Positions 1-10,418 of a DNA stretch of 64,000 nucleotides are shown here, one piece after another. The notes beneath the pieces are model-generated. The model was not told where the DNA came from. It made no database searches and worked only from the letters and a program-made list of their open reading frames with translations. This DNA is from Mantamonas sphyraenae STR306 (lineage: Eukaryota; Protista; CRuMs): contig JAPMXV010000011.1 in NCBI GenBank assembly GCA_026936335.1, positions 124,001 to 188,000 of the forward strand. The letters are read 5' to 3'. How positions within the stretch are numbered: the first letter of the stretch is position 1; each line of letters starts with the position of its first letter. The position numbers and the translations under genes were made by a program.

Positions 1-475
1 GGCCGTGTACAACGCGACAAACGAACGACCCATGGAGCACCAGTGTGTGCGCAATCTGGAGGCTGTGTTGGACAGTGTGCAGGTGTCGCATCTGGGTCTG
101 ACGATGGACGACCTGGTGTTGGTGGAGAACGATCCGTTCAAGGTGGTCCATGTGGACCCCACCAATGTCATCCTGGTCAACTCGTGGGACGACAAGCGTG
201 TGTTGGACCACCAGGAGGCTGTGGATGGAGGAAGTGAGCTCGACCGTACCCTGTTTGACCTGGAAGAGTATCTGACGGCGCTCGTGGACTCCGATTCCTC
301 CCTCACCCTGGCACAGGCACGTGCACAGCTGGAGTGGGTGACACCCGACGATGTGTTCTCGCTCACATCGGCCGTAGACGACGAATTGGCCGAAGACGTG
401 CACTCTGGCAGGGACAAGGATGCACAAGAGGAAGCCGAACTCGCTGCCAAGCTGGGCAACGTCCAACTGGAGTGA
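1..475 (+). CDS. 3' end of an FCP1/NIF (CTD small phosphatase/TIM50-like) HAD-domain protein, 5'-truncated by the window
   Basis: RNLEAV...DDLVLVENDP...PTNVILVNSW...DRTLFDLEEYL resembles the NIF-domain C-terminus (KDL...VIIVDNSP...P.NAI.I..W...D.EL..L..FL); stop at 473-475. Confidence 0.55.
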   Translation, partial: AVYNATNERPMEHQCVRNLEAVLDSVQVSHLGLTMDDLVLVENDPFKVVHVDPTNVILVNSWDDKRVLDHQEAVDGGSELDRTLFDLEEYLTALVDSDSSLTLAQARAQLEWVTPDDVFSLTSAVDDELAEDVHSGRDKDAQEEAELAAKLGNVQLE

Positions 476-561
476 GAGAGAGTGAGAGAGAGGGAGGGAG
501 TGACAGAAGGATGGAGATACAATGTAAAATACAACGAGGCAGGACACACGAGACATTGGGG

Positions 562-1272
562 TCACTCTTTCGCTTGTTTGGCGGCTGCGGAGGGCTTTGA
601 AGCTGGGTTGCGAAGACCGGGAATGAAGCGGCCCCACATGCGCAAGAGGACCTGTTTGAAGAAATGATGACGTCCTCCGAGAGTGCCAACGGTCATGAGG
701 ATGACCGAGTAGATGGGTGTGATGATGCCGACGTAGGCGAGGCGGTAGGACCAGGGACCCTCGGCAAGGGTACCCTGGAGACCGAGGACGTCATGGAGCA
801 TGGGCTTGGCAAACACCATGGTGGAGCTGCCAGTGATGCCAAACAGGATGCAGATCCAAATCTTGTCAGCCCACCATTGGGAGCTCCAACGAGTGTACTC
901 GGGGGTGGGGGCGAGCCAGCGCTGGACGAGGGAGCGAGTCGCTGGCGGGGCAGATTCAGAGCTCATCAGACGCAACGAGGAGACGAGTGGAGATTGGATG
1001 GACGACTTGAGTGAGCACACACGGGTCACAGGCGTGCCAATACGAGAGCAGGATTCCGGAAGCAAGACCGGGCGTGGGATGCGAGCGAATGCGCAGGTGG
1101 CGGACGAGGCCGAAGAGGAAGAGGTGGAGGCGGAACGGCTCAGGTGAGTGTGGACAGCCTGAGTGCCGGAGCTGGGGAAGCGGCGTGCACAGTGGGAGTT
1201 GGCGGAGCGAAGCACAACCAGAGCAGTGGCAGCCGAGGTTGGATGGAGAGGAGCACGAACGCGCGAGAACAT
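562..1272 (-). CDS. DUF6787-like small membrane protein with a probable mitochondrial presequence
   Basis: Arg/Ser-rich N-terminus; conserved-looking core ICILFGITGSST...GPWSYRLAY...TPIYSVIL..GTLGGRHHFF with two hydrophobic helices. Confidence 0.6.
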   Translation of the reverse strand: MFSRVRAPLHPTSAATALVVLRSANSHCARRFPSSGTQAVHTHLSRSASTSSSSASSATCAFARIPRPVLLPESCSRIGTPVTRVCSLKSSIQSPLVSSLRLMSSESAPPATRSLVQRWLAPTPEYTRWSSQWWADKIWICILFGITGSSTMVFAKPMLHDVLGLQGTLAEGPWSYRLAYVGIITPIYSVILMTVGTLGGRHHFFKQVLLRMWGRFIPGLRNPASKPSAAAKQAKE

Positions 1273-1382
1273 TCAGAGGTGGCCGTCACGGCGCACACGT
1301 GTGGATTTTGTTCCGTTCCACCACCCCTCGCATACACTCATGACGAGGACACCACATGCAACATGGATCTCCTCTCGCTCGC

Positions 1383-3791
1383 TCACAAATCCTCTCCGCG
1401 TGTGCTGAGATCGCTCATGTTGCCCAGGAACATGCGTGTTCCTCGCTTCGCGTCACGATGATCGCGCGACCATGTGCGTGAGCAGGGTAGCCACTGGTTG
1501 CTTGTGCACTTGGAACACACGTCGAGGGGCACGCGTCGATTGACCACACGCGTGGTGTTGTTGCACTTTCCGCAGCGGAACCAACGCACAGTGACCTCCA
1601 CATAGTGCAGTTGCGTCGGGTGCTGGCTGTTGCACAGGCTGGCCGACACCTGTGATTTGTACATGTACTTGTTGACACAGGCACGGCAGTGGTACATCCA
1701 CTGTGTCTGCTTGTGCATCTCCTGCTCCTGGCCATCCTCCCCACCACCGCCTCCGCTTCCGCCCTGTTCGCTGCGTTTCTCCTTGGCCTGCATGTACTGT
1801 AGGCCCAGCTCCAGTTCCGCGTCCTTCCACGTGTCCACCTCCAGGTGCAGCACAGACTTGCGTGCGCGTACGGCGTCTGCCTGCTCAGTGCTGAGCTTGG
1901 GGATGATGTTGAGAAGCCTTGGCGGTTCGTTCTGTGAGCCCGACGATGATGACGATGAAGATGAGGATGAGGATGAGGATGACGTCAGAGCTGACCTGTC
2001 CACGCCCTCTGCACGCCCGTGGGCAAGCTGCACGCGCGATCGTTTTGATGCTGGCTCAGCCAGTGGCGAAGACTCCATTGGACGCTTGGTGGTGTTGCTG
2101 TTGAGGTTGAGTGCAGTGGTGTCGTTGGGGTTGGGTCGATGGAGAGGGGTGGCACGGAGCACGGCAGCCGCACGTTCCTTGGCACGGGCCATCTCACGTG
2201 CCTCTCGCTCCTTGCGTCGTTTCATGTCCACATCCTCGCGGTCCTGCTTAAAGCGCAACAACGGTGCAGGCACTCCTACAGCCGCCTGTCGATCCGCAAC
2301 CTTCTTCAACCGCTCCTCCTCGCGTCGCACCAGCTCTGCCATCGATGGTTTGGCCTTGAAGGAAACCACCTTGTCGTACCCAGTCGCGGGCTTTCCGCTG
2401 CTCCCACTGGAGCTGGTGGCAGAAGTGGCAGCAGAGGCAGCAGAGGCAGCAGCGGCAGCCTGGTTCTGCCGGTGTTGGCGTGCCTCTTTGCCCAGCAGGT
2501 TCTTGTTGACGAGACGCACGGCCCCCGGAACATTGGGTTTGCTCTGGTGTAGCTGTTCCAGCTTCATGTGAGCAGCCTGGGCCATGTTGGCTTGCACGTC
2601 CTGAGGCAGTGTGGCCTTGCTGCGCTTGCGAATGTCTTGGAATTGCTTGCGCATGACAGAGTGTAGCATGCCCGACGAACGATCGCGCTTCAGATCCTCC
2701 TTGCTCAGGGTGGGTCCGCCGTACGGAGCTACCACAGAGTTGAATGAGGGACGGCTCATGTACTGGTGCAGACTCTGGTTGGTGTGAAAGGCACAGGTGG
2801 CCCCCAACGCCGTGTCGATCGGCTCCGTGCACTTGCTCTTGCTCTTGCGGTTCACACCCGCACAGCGCCCAAACGTCATCATGCGACCCACACGTCGTAC
2901 TTGATCTGCACTGCTGATGCTCAGCGCCACCGAGTTGTCCTTGTCCCGCGACGGCAACACCCGCGGATTCAAAACAAGGAACACATCGCCCGTCATCTCT
3001 TTGTACAGCTTCTTCAGCGCCTCGTTGAACAGTAGCAGCTTCACTTCGTTGCCGCGCATGTCAGACAGCGTCCAGGGTTGGAAGGAGACATTCTGTACGG
3101 GCGCGAGTCAGTCGAGGCGATTTTGCGCGCCATTTTCCCGCCAAAAAGCACCTCCGCTTACCTTTCTGCTCGTCTGTGGCTCACGCTTGGATGCCAGTAC
3201 GGCCATGAGCACCCAATTGTCTTGGGTGTGCTCAAGGGCAGGCGTGACCTTGCGCACTGGCACATACTGTGCGGCCTCGAGCACCTTTGTCTCCTCGTCC
3301 AGGCTGAGGGAGCGTTTGCTGCAAGCACGCACGTGTGAGGAGAGGAGTGGGACAACGACATCACACACAGTGTGCCATGAAAGGGGTTCAACATACTCAA
3401 TTGGCAGTTTGATGGTGGGGTCAACAAAGTCGATGCACTTTGCGTAGCGGCGTTCCAGGGTGGATTCGCTGCTGGCGTGCTGGGTGTCCCTTTCTCGATT
3501 GTGTTTGAAGCCATCAGCGACACGCTTTGCCTCCTGCTGGCGACGAGCCTGTGCCTGTTCGTGCACTCGTTTCTGCCTGGCCTCCTCCTTGCGCTCGACA
3601 CTGCTCTGTCGAGCCTGGCGCTGGTGATCACTCTGTTGACGCTTCTGCTGCAGCCGTTCCTCCTTGAGCTTCTTGGACCGTGCCATGCGCTCCTTCAGCG
3701 TCAGTGCAGGACTCTCGTCACGCACTTGGCTGCTGCTGCTTCTGCTGCTGCTGGCTGTCTCCGGCCCTGGCGACTGGGAGAAGCTGAACAT
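1383..3791 (-). CDS. MCM10: DNA replication factor MCM10 (exons 3791-3162, 3092-1383)
   Basis: OB-fold motifs (NWVLMAVL, WTLSDM, LLLFNEA, VLNP), zf-primase FGRC...C...C..H, C-terminal Zn domain (CRAC, C..QH, CGKC, CSKC) and RGE tail; GT-AG intron 3161-3093 joins the two ORFs in frame. Confidence 0.9.
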
Positions 3792-3829
3792 GGCGTCCGT
3801 TTTGCTGCGTCGGCGCAGCCACAGCCCAC

Positions 3830-6800
3830 ATGTCATCCAACCAAGAACACAGCAACCAGCCAGAAAAGGGCAAGGACAACGACAAGGCCAACAGTGAGGG
3901 GGATGACGTGATCACTGTGGACGCAGCGGCGGAGGCAGAGGCGGAAGCGCGTCGCAAAGCAAAGGGCAAGGGCAAGGTCGCGTACAACAGCAGCAGCAGT
4001 GGCAGCAGTAGCACCAGTGGCAGCCCGGGACAAAGCATGCCTGGCGCAGGCATGGACATGAGTGCCATGGCCGATTTTCTGAGTGGAGGCATGATGGGAG
4101 GAGGCATGGGAGGCGGTGGTGGCGTGTCCATGGACACGCTGATGCAGGCACTCGAGGCAGCCGGACAAAAACCCAGGCCTGTGCAGGAGTACCTGGCCAA
4201 TGGCGGCCCCGGGTCAGGAAGTGAACGTGTAGCCATGCTCAAGCTTTCCCCTGGCGGGCTGACGGCCGCCATGGAGGAGGATGTGCTGTCTGCGCTGGCC
4301 GCGGGCATGTCGGTGGTGATGCCAAAGTTGTACGCCCTGGAGATGTTTGGTGAAATCACCGTCACACCCATGCGAGACCCTCTGTACTGCCGTGTGAGCC
4401 CCGAGCAGGCGGCCAGTGGCCAGCAGTTGGGCACAGCAGCACAGGCACCGCCGCAGCAGGTGAGTTGGCGCCGCGGCACGTTTCTGCGAACTGAGAGCTG
4501 GGCGAACAAGCGGAATTCGCTCGAGTCACCACCTGCCCCTTTTTCTCTCCCGCTCGCGCCTCACACACGTCCCAACGCACCCACAGGACATTTCACACCT
4601 GTCCATCAACAGGGAGACAGGCATCCCGGACCCTTCACTGGACTTTAACATCCCACTGAATGCAGGGGCGTCCAACTTTATGCTGAATCAGTTCATCGAC
4701 ATGGAGGCGCTGAACGACCTGCCCGCCGTCATCCAATCGTTGCGCGACACAGTGCCCCTGTTCCCTCTGTTCACCCTTGGCGACGGCAACTGCCTGTTGC
4801 ACGCGGTGTCGCGTGCCATGTGGGGGGTGGAGGATGTGTTCCACCACGCCTTGCGGCGCCTGCTGAGCACGGAGCTGGAACAGCATGCGGATTACTACAA
4901 AGAAGTGTGGCTGGAGGACAGTAAGAAGGCAAACGTGAACTTTGAGGACCCCGAGGCGGAGTGGAAGACGATTGTGCGCGAGGCGATGACCGACGGCCAG
5001 GACCTGCAAGCCATGCACTGCTTTGCCCTGGCCAACGTGCTCCGTCGTCCCATTGTGTTGTATGCCCCCGATGCCGTGTCCATGTATGGCACAGGTCTGC
5101 AGGGCTCGTCGGCCATCCATCTGCCGGCCCGATTTGAGCCGGACGAGTGCAGCACACACACGCCGTTGGCGCTGACCTGGTCTGGCACTCACATGCACCA
5201 CTACGTGCCCATTGTCGGTGTCGAAGTGGGTCACGGCGTCTACGAGGCGCCCGTGTGGCCCTTGGAGGGCATCCAAACGGTGCCGTCGTCGCTGCAGGAC
5301 CGTCTTGACGAGTATATTGTGCAGGGGAAGGCAGGCGGCGACCAGAAGCAGGATGAGAAGAATCCGTTTGCGCGGAAGCTGGAAAAGGAAAACTCGTTGG
5401 ACAAGGAAGGCAACGTGGCACAGCCGGACGTGGTTGAGAAGGAGTACCTGGACGGGGTGCCGTACGATCTTGTGCTCAAGGTGTCCATCAAACCGGGCCA
5501 GAGCATCCCCATTGGGTACAACCGGTCACAGAACCCGTTTGTGGTTGCGTGGGAGTTCTGCAGGACGCACTCGTTGTCGCTGGACGTGCAGCTGCGCATT
5601 GCCAAGATGCTTGCGCAAAAGGTGCGTGTGCGCACGTCTCTGAACAAAGGTCTGTGCAAGTGTGGTTACAAGCACTACGTGGACGACGTGGAGTATGAGT
5701 TTAACGTGCTGTTCAGGGAGGTGCCGGTGGGATTCAACATGGACGACGACCCGCGCGAGGTGGCGGAACGCGCGGTGCGTGACAACGCAGATCTGGCCGA
5801 TTGCACCCAGGAGCAAATCTACGTGTTGGCACAGGGGGTGCTGGAAACACAGATGGAGGCATCGGAGCGCGCGGAGGCGAGCAAGCCAAAGAACGGGAGG
5901 TCGACCACAAAAGGCCCTTGCCCGTGCGGCTACAAGCACTATGTGGACGGCGTGGAGTACGACTATGAGTACACATGCACGCGTGGCACCATGGGATACA
6001 ACCACGACGACGACGTGGACGCCAAACTGCTGGCGTTTCTGAAGGAGCACGCGCGGGAGAGCGGGTCGGCAAAGAAGACGACGGAGGGCAAGGTCAACAT
6101 GACGGAGTTTGGGGCACACCTGAAACTGCTTACCACCGAGGCCAAGTGGCAGCTGGTGCGCTGCATGTCGTGTATGGAGGAACGCGTGGTGGTGAAGGGC
6201 ACGACGGCAGAGACGGAGTGGAACTGTGGCGCTTGCCAGGCCTGCCACTACATCAGCAAGTGCAGCGAGTGCAGCACGCCGACGCTGATGCCCAAGGAGA
6301 TGCCGCGTGCCACCTGTCCCAACTGCAAACACATGATCCTGGGTCATGTGGACGCACGCGCTGGCAAACTGGAGGGCAAGTTTGCCAAGTACGGTGTGGA
6401 TGGCGCACCAGAGGGCAGCACGACAACACAGACGGGCACAACAGACACTGATGAGGGCATGGGTGGAGCTCTCACAAGCCGATTCAAGTCGATTCCCTTG
6501 CAGGCGGCGTACACAAACGCGTTTGCAGTGGGCGACGTCGGACGCATTGTGGAGCGGTTGCGCAAAGCAAACAAAGCGATGGAAGAGGACGCCTCGGTGG
6601 CGTTCTGGATGGACGAGGCGCTGGTCAAGGCAATGGACAGTGTGGCCAAGACGGTGGAGGAGAACAAACCGAGGCAGGCCAAGTTTGCGGACGAAGCCGT
6701 ACTGGGCATGGAACGTATCGTGTCGGAATGGCCAGCCAAGGGCTGTTTGATGCCTGCGTTGGACCTGTTGCGCATGATGGTCAAGAGCAGCGACGTGGCG

Positions 6801-7322
6801 GTGCGTATGAGTGGGCGAGTGCCGGATCTGGTGCGTGTTCTGCGCGAAACAGAAGCCAAGGGAGTCATGGTGATGAGCATGCGGGTGCTCCTCAACCTGA
6901 CATTCCATATGCGGGCACGCAACACCATGGTGGTGCATGTGGGGGACATTGTAGCCGCGCTGGAAAGCAAATGGTTTGACCATTCGGCCGAAGTGACACA
7001 GGAGGCCATCACGCAGTTTCTCACCAACGTATCTATGATGCCAGCCCAAGATGTGGATCGTAGTGCAAGGCAGGCCACGGCTGCATTCCTGCTCCAGCGA
7101 TTGCAGGGTAACGAGGTGCCAGCGGCCGTCCGGCTGCGCATCTTGCAGGCTTTGGGCACCCTGCTGCTGGCAGATGGCTCGCTCGCAGAGGGATTGGATC
7201 TGCGCTCACAGCTTGTTGACGCGAATTTGCAGGGTGGCGGTGAGGTGGCCGATGCACTCGAGCTTTGCTTGAGCGAGCTTGCCGAGTTGCTCGATGATCT
7301 CGAAGTTGAGAAGCAAGACTGA
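3830..7322 (+). CDS. VCPIP1-like OTU deubiquitinase fused to three PFU-like repeats, a Zn-ribbon and a PUL domain (exons 3830-4459, 4587-7322)
   Basis: OTU catalytic GDGNCLLHAVSRA and HHYVPIVG; PFU-like YLDGVPYDLVLKV...IGYNRSQNPFVVAWEF plus two degenerate copies; four CxxC pairs; PUL-like WP...PALDLLRMMV; in-frame intron 4460-4586. Confidence 0.8.
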
Positions 7323-7403
7323 GATCATGATGGGAAAGGGTGAATGTGTGTGTGTGTGGATGCTGCTGGTGGTGGTGGTGGGGTGAATGGCAACAAATCA
7401 CGT

Positions 7404-9927
7404 TCACTGCTTCTCGATGCTCGTGTGCTCCTCAAGCACCTTGTCCCAGGCGGAGTCCTTCTTGACGCACGGACGTCTGCCATTGTACAGGTCGCAGCGG
7501 AACTTGCTCACCCACTCGTTGACGAGAAGGTTGTGCAGTTCAGACATGTTCAGCTGGCGGGTCGACAAGGTCTTGCCATTGGGAAGCCTGTAAATCGATA
7601 CTTCGACCATCTTGCCGTCCTTGAACATCATCATCCTCTGCACCTGAACGTTGGCCGGAAGGGGGTGACCGTTCGACAGGACAACCTGGCGCTCGCGGTA
7701 CCCTTCGTAGGCTGCGCAGAGAGACTTGCACCCATTGCACTCGGGGGAGCCACACTGGTTGGGCAGGCAGCGGGGCAGGCTGCCATTGCACGGGCGCACG
7801 CAAAGCGGCAGCTTGCTGAGCTTCGTGGAGGACATGAAACGGTTGGGAGAGCAGTCGTTGTAGTTGGACCAGCTCCACGCACGTTGAACCTCATACGGGA
7901 CACAGTAAGACGGCTGAGACGTCCTGACCTTGCGCCAATGGCACATAAACTGGCGGTACAGCGCTTGTTGGTAACGCTTGCCAAATGTACCCAGGTTGAC
8001 CTTCTGCTCCGCAGCCTTCTTCTTGTACTCTGCACACACAGTGTCGCAGCCGTTGCAGGCCGCGGTGCCGCAGAACTGGGGCAGACAGCGTGGGGCAATG
8101 TGGAAGCAGGGCTTGTGGCACGCAGGCATGTCTGCAATCTTGAGCGTATCGAGGTTGCCATGCAGCTTGCACGGAGCGGTGGCACGCCAGGCGGCGTTGT
8201 TCAGGTTGGCATCGGACACGTCTTCAGACGACTCGTCCTGGGTGCCCTCAAGTTCCTCGAGGGGCTCCTCGGGGACCTCGTTTTCGTCAAAGGCTTGCTT
8301 CTCCTGGTCTTGGTCTTGGTCTTGGTCTTGCTCCTCGGCGGTGCTCTCGTGCTCCTTGTCCTCCTCTTCCTCGTCGTCCGACAGGTCGGAATCCAGACCA
8401 AAGTCGGTGGTGTCTTCCTCCTCGGCGGAATCCTCGTCTGCGAGGTCCTCGGCGTCAAAGAGCGACTTGTTGGCGTCGCAGACACCGCCCAAAAGGAAAA
8501 GAAGCCACTCTTCAAAATGCGGCAGCCCTTCTTGTACAGACGTTTTGAACACCACAGGTAGTGGTAATCTCGACCTGCGTTGGCAAACTCCTCCTTGGTG
8601 AGGATGCGCTGGTAGACGGGCTTGCCAGCAAAGGTAGGCTCATTGGAGGTTTTGCCAGCTTGCACATTTTGGTGCGCGTGCATACGCACCTGCGTGTCGT
8701 CTGCCTTGTAGAACCAACGCTTGGTGTTGAGACGCGTCTGCTCGGCGGCGCCACAATAGTCTTCGCAGCCGTCACACTGGGCAGTGCCGCATTTGTCGTA
8801 CGTGCACTTTGGTTCGTCCCCGTTGCAAGGGCGAGCGCAAGGAGGAAGCGCGTCTTCGACCTTGGCCATGTCGAGTTCGGGATTGGGCATGCAGTCGTTG
8901 TTGGAGGACTGGGCCCAGTGAGCAACAGTGTCACGGGGCATGCAGTACGAGAGGGCCAAAGGCTGCTTGCGCCAGTAGCAGTTGGCCTGCATCCAGTACT
9001 GGTGGATCATTCGATCGTGCAGCACAATGGCACTAACGTTCTCCAACTTGCGCAGCTTCTCGTACTTTGCGCACAGCGTGTCGCACCCTTCACAGGCTGC
9101 TGTGCCACAGAAGCGGGGCGTGCAACGCGGCATCACACCCCAGCACGGTTTCTCGCACTTGGGCATCTCCGAGATCTTCTTGGGGTCAATGAGATGATGC
9201 ACGCGGCAAGCGGCCGTGGCACGGACATTGGGGTTGAGGCTTTCGTCCCCTTCCTCGTCCTTGAGCTCTTCGGGAAGCTCCGGAAGCTGCTCGCTGTCGC
9301 TAACCTCCTCCGGCAGCTCCTCCTCCTCGGCCATGCTGTCCTCAGCCTGAGAGAGCACGGCAGCGTCCTCTTCCGACAACGTGTCGACACTGAATGTGTG
9401 TATGTGTGAGAGGGTTGATTGTTTGGTGTCAGTGACGGCGATGGAATCTAGACTCCACAGAGTCTGTGGAAGTCGGCGCGCCAGAGCGTCGGCGGGTGCA
9501 TGTACATGCAAAGTCGGAGGGTGGACAATGCACACACACACTGCTCGCATGTGTGTGGCCCACCAGCCTCTACACACGGCGGGAGGGGGAGCCAAAGCAC
9601 CAGACGCGAGGCAGGAAAAAAACGACGGAGCTGCGCAATTCGCCTGCGTCACACTGTGTCCTCTACACGGCCCATGCGGAGCATAACAGGCCACACAGGG
9701 TATAGAAGCGGTGCGAAGTGCAAAATGCTTTGCATCCAGCCTTCCGATCCAAGAGGCTGTGACGGCGTACTGGTGTGGAGGTGGGATGCGGTGGAGAGGA
9801 CGTTTTGCACCCCGAATCGGAACGGACAAAACGCCACACGTACTCATCGAGAAGTGTGCTTTCGGCGGCGCAAAGCCAGCGACACACACAGCATCATCAT
9901 TGCGATGGCAGTCCAGGACAGCTTCAT
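7404..9927 (-). CDS. Secreted Cys-rich repeat precursor, copy 1 (exon 9927-9844, intron 9843-9390, exon 9389-7404; apparent frameshifts at ~9871 and ~8490)
   Basis: Signal peptide MKLSWTAIAMMMLCVSLA; acidic tracts; four PxCxxPCxxxxPxCxxxxCGxxxCxGCxxxC motifs; phase-compatible GT-AG intron. Confidence 0.7.
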
Positions 9928-10169
9928 TGTGTGAATTCTTCCTGAGTATGTATGGATCGATCGACGCGCGCGCAGAAACTTCTGTGTCTTGTTCTTGGGA
10001 CAAAAGGTCCGGACCCACAAGCTGGGTCTTTCAGCATCCGGGTGTGCGTGTACGAAGTGCACAAGGAGAGGGGGAGAAGCATGTTCGTACAGAGACATGA
10101 GGTGAGTGTGTGAGCATCTGGATCATGACGTGGGGACTCCTGAGTGTTTGTGCGGAGAACGTTGGCGTT

Positions 10170-10313
10170 TTGCTCCGATTGTCCTCCGACGTCGAGCTGA
10201 GCTCGATCGACAACAAGACCACACACCACGTGGGAGAAGGGCACGATGGAAGTGATGTGGAGCGCGTGGAAGACAAGTCCAACACGTGGATCACGGTCTT
10301 CCTGGTCGGGCAG
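10170..10313 (+). pseudogene. Truncated 5' fragment of the membrane-protein gene at 13275, created by the duplication
   Basis: Encodes SSDVELSSIDNKTTHH...FLVGQ; the ATG context is altered (ccgattgtcc vs ccgatgtcttcc) and it ends at the duplication junction. Confidence 0.8.
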
Positions 10314-10418
10314 GGAAGCAAGACTGAGATTATGATGGGAAAGGGTGAATGTGTGTGTGTGTGTGTGTGGAGGGTGGAGGGTGGTGGTGGTGGTGGGATG
10401 AATGGCAACAAATCACGT

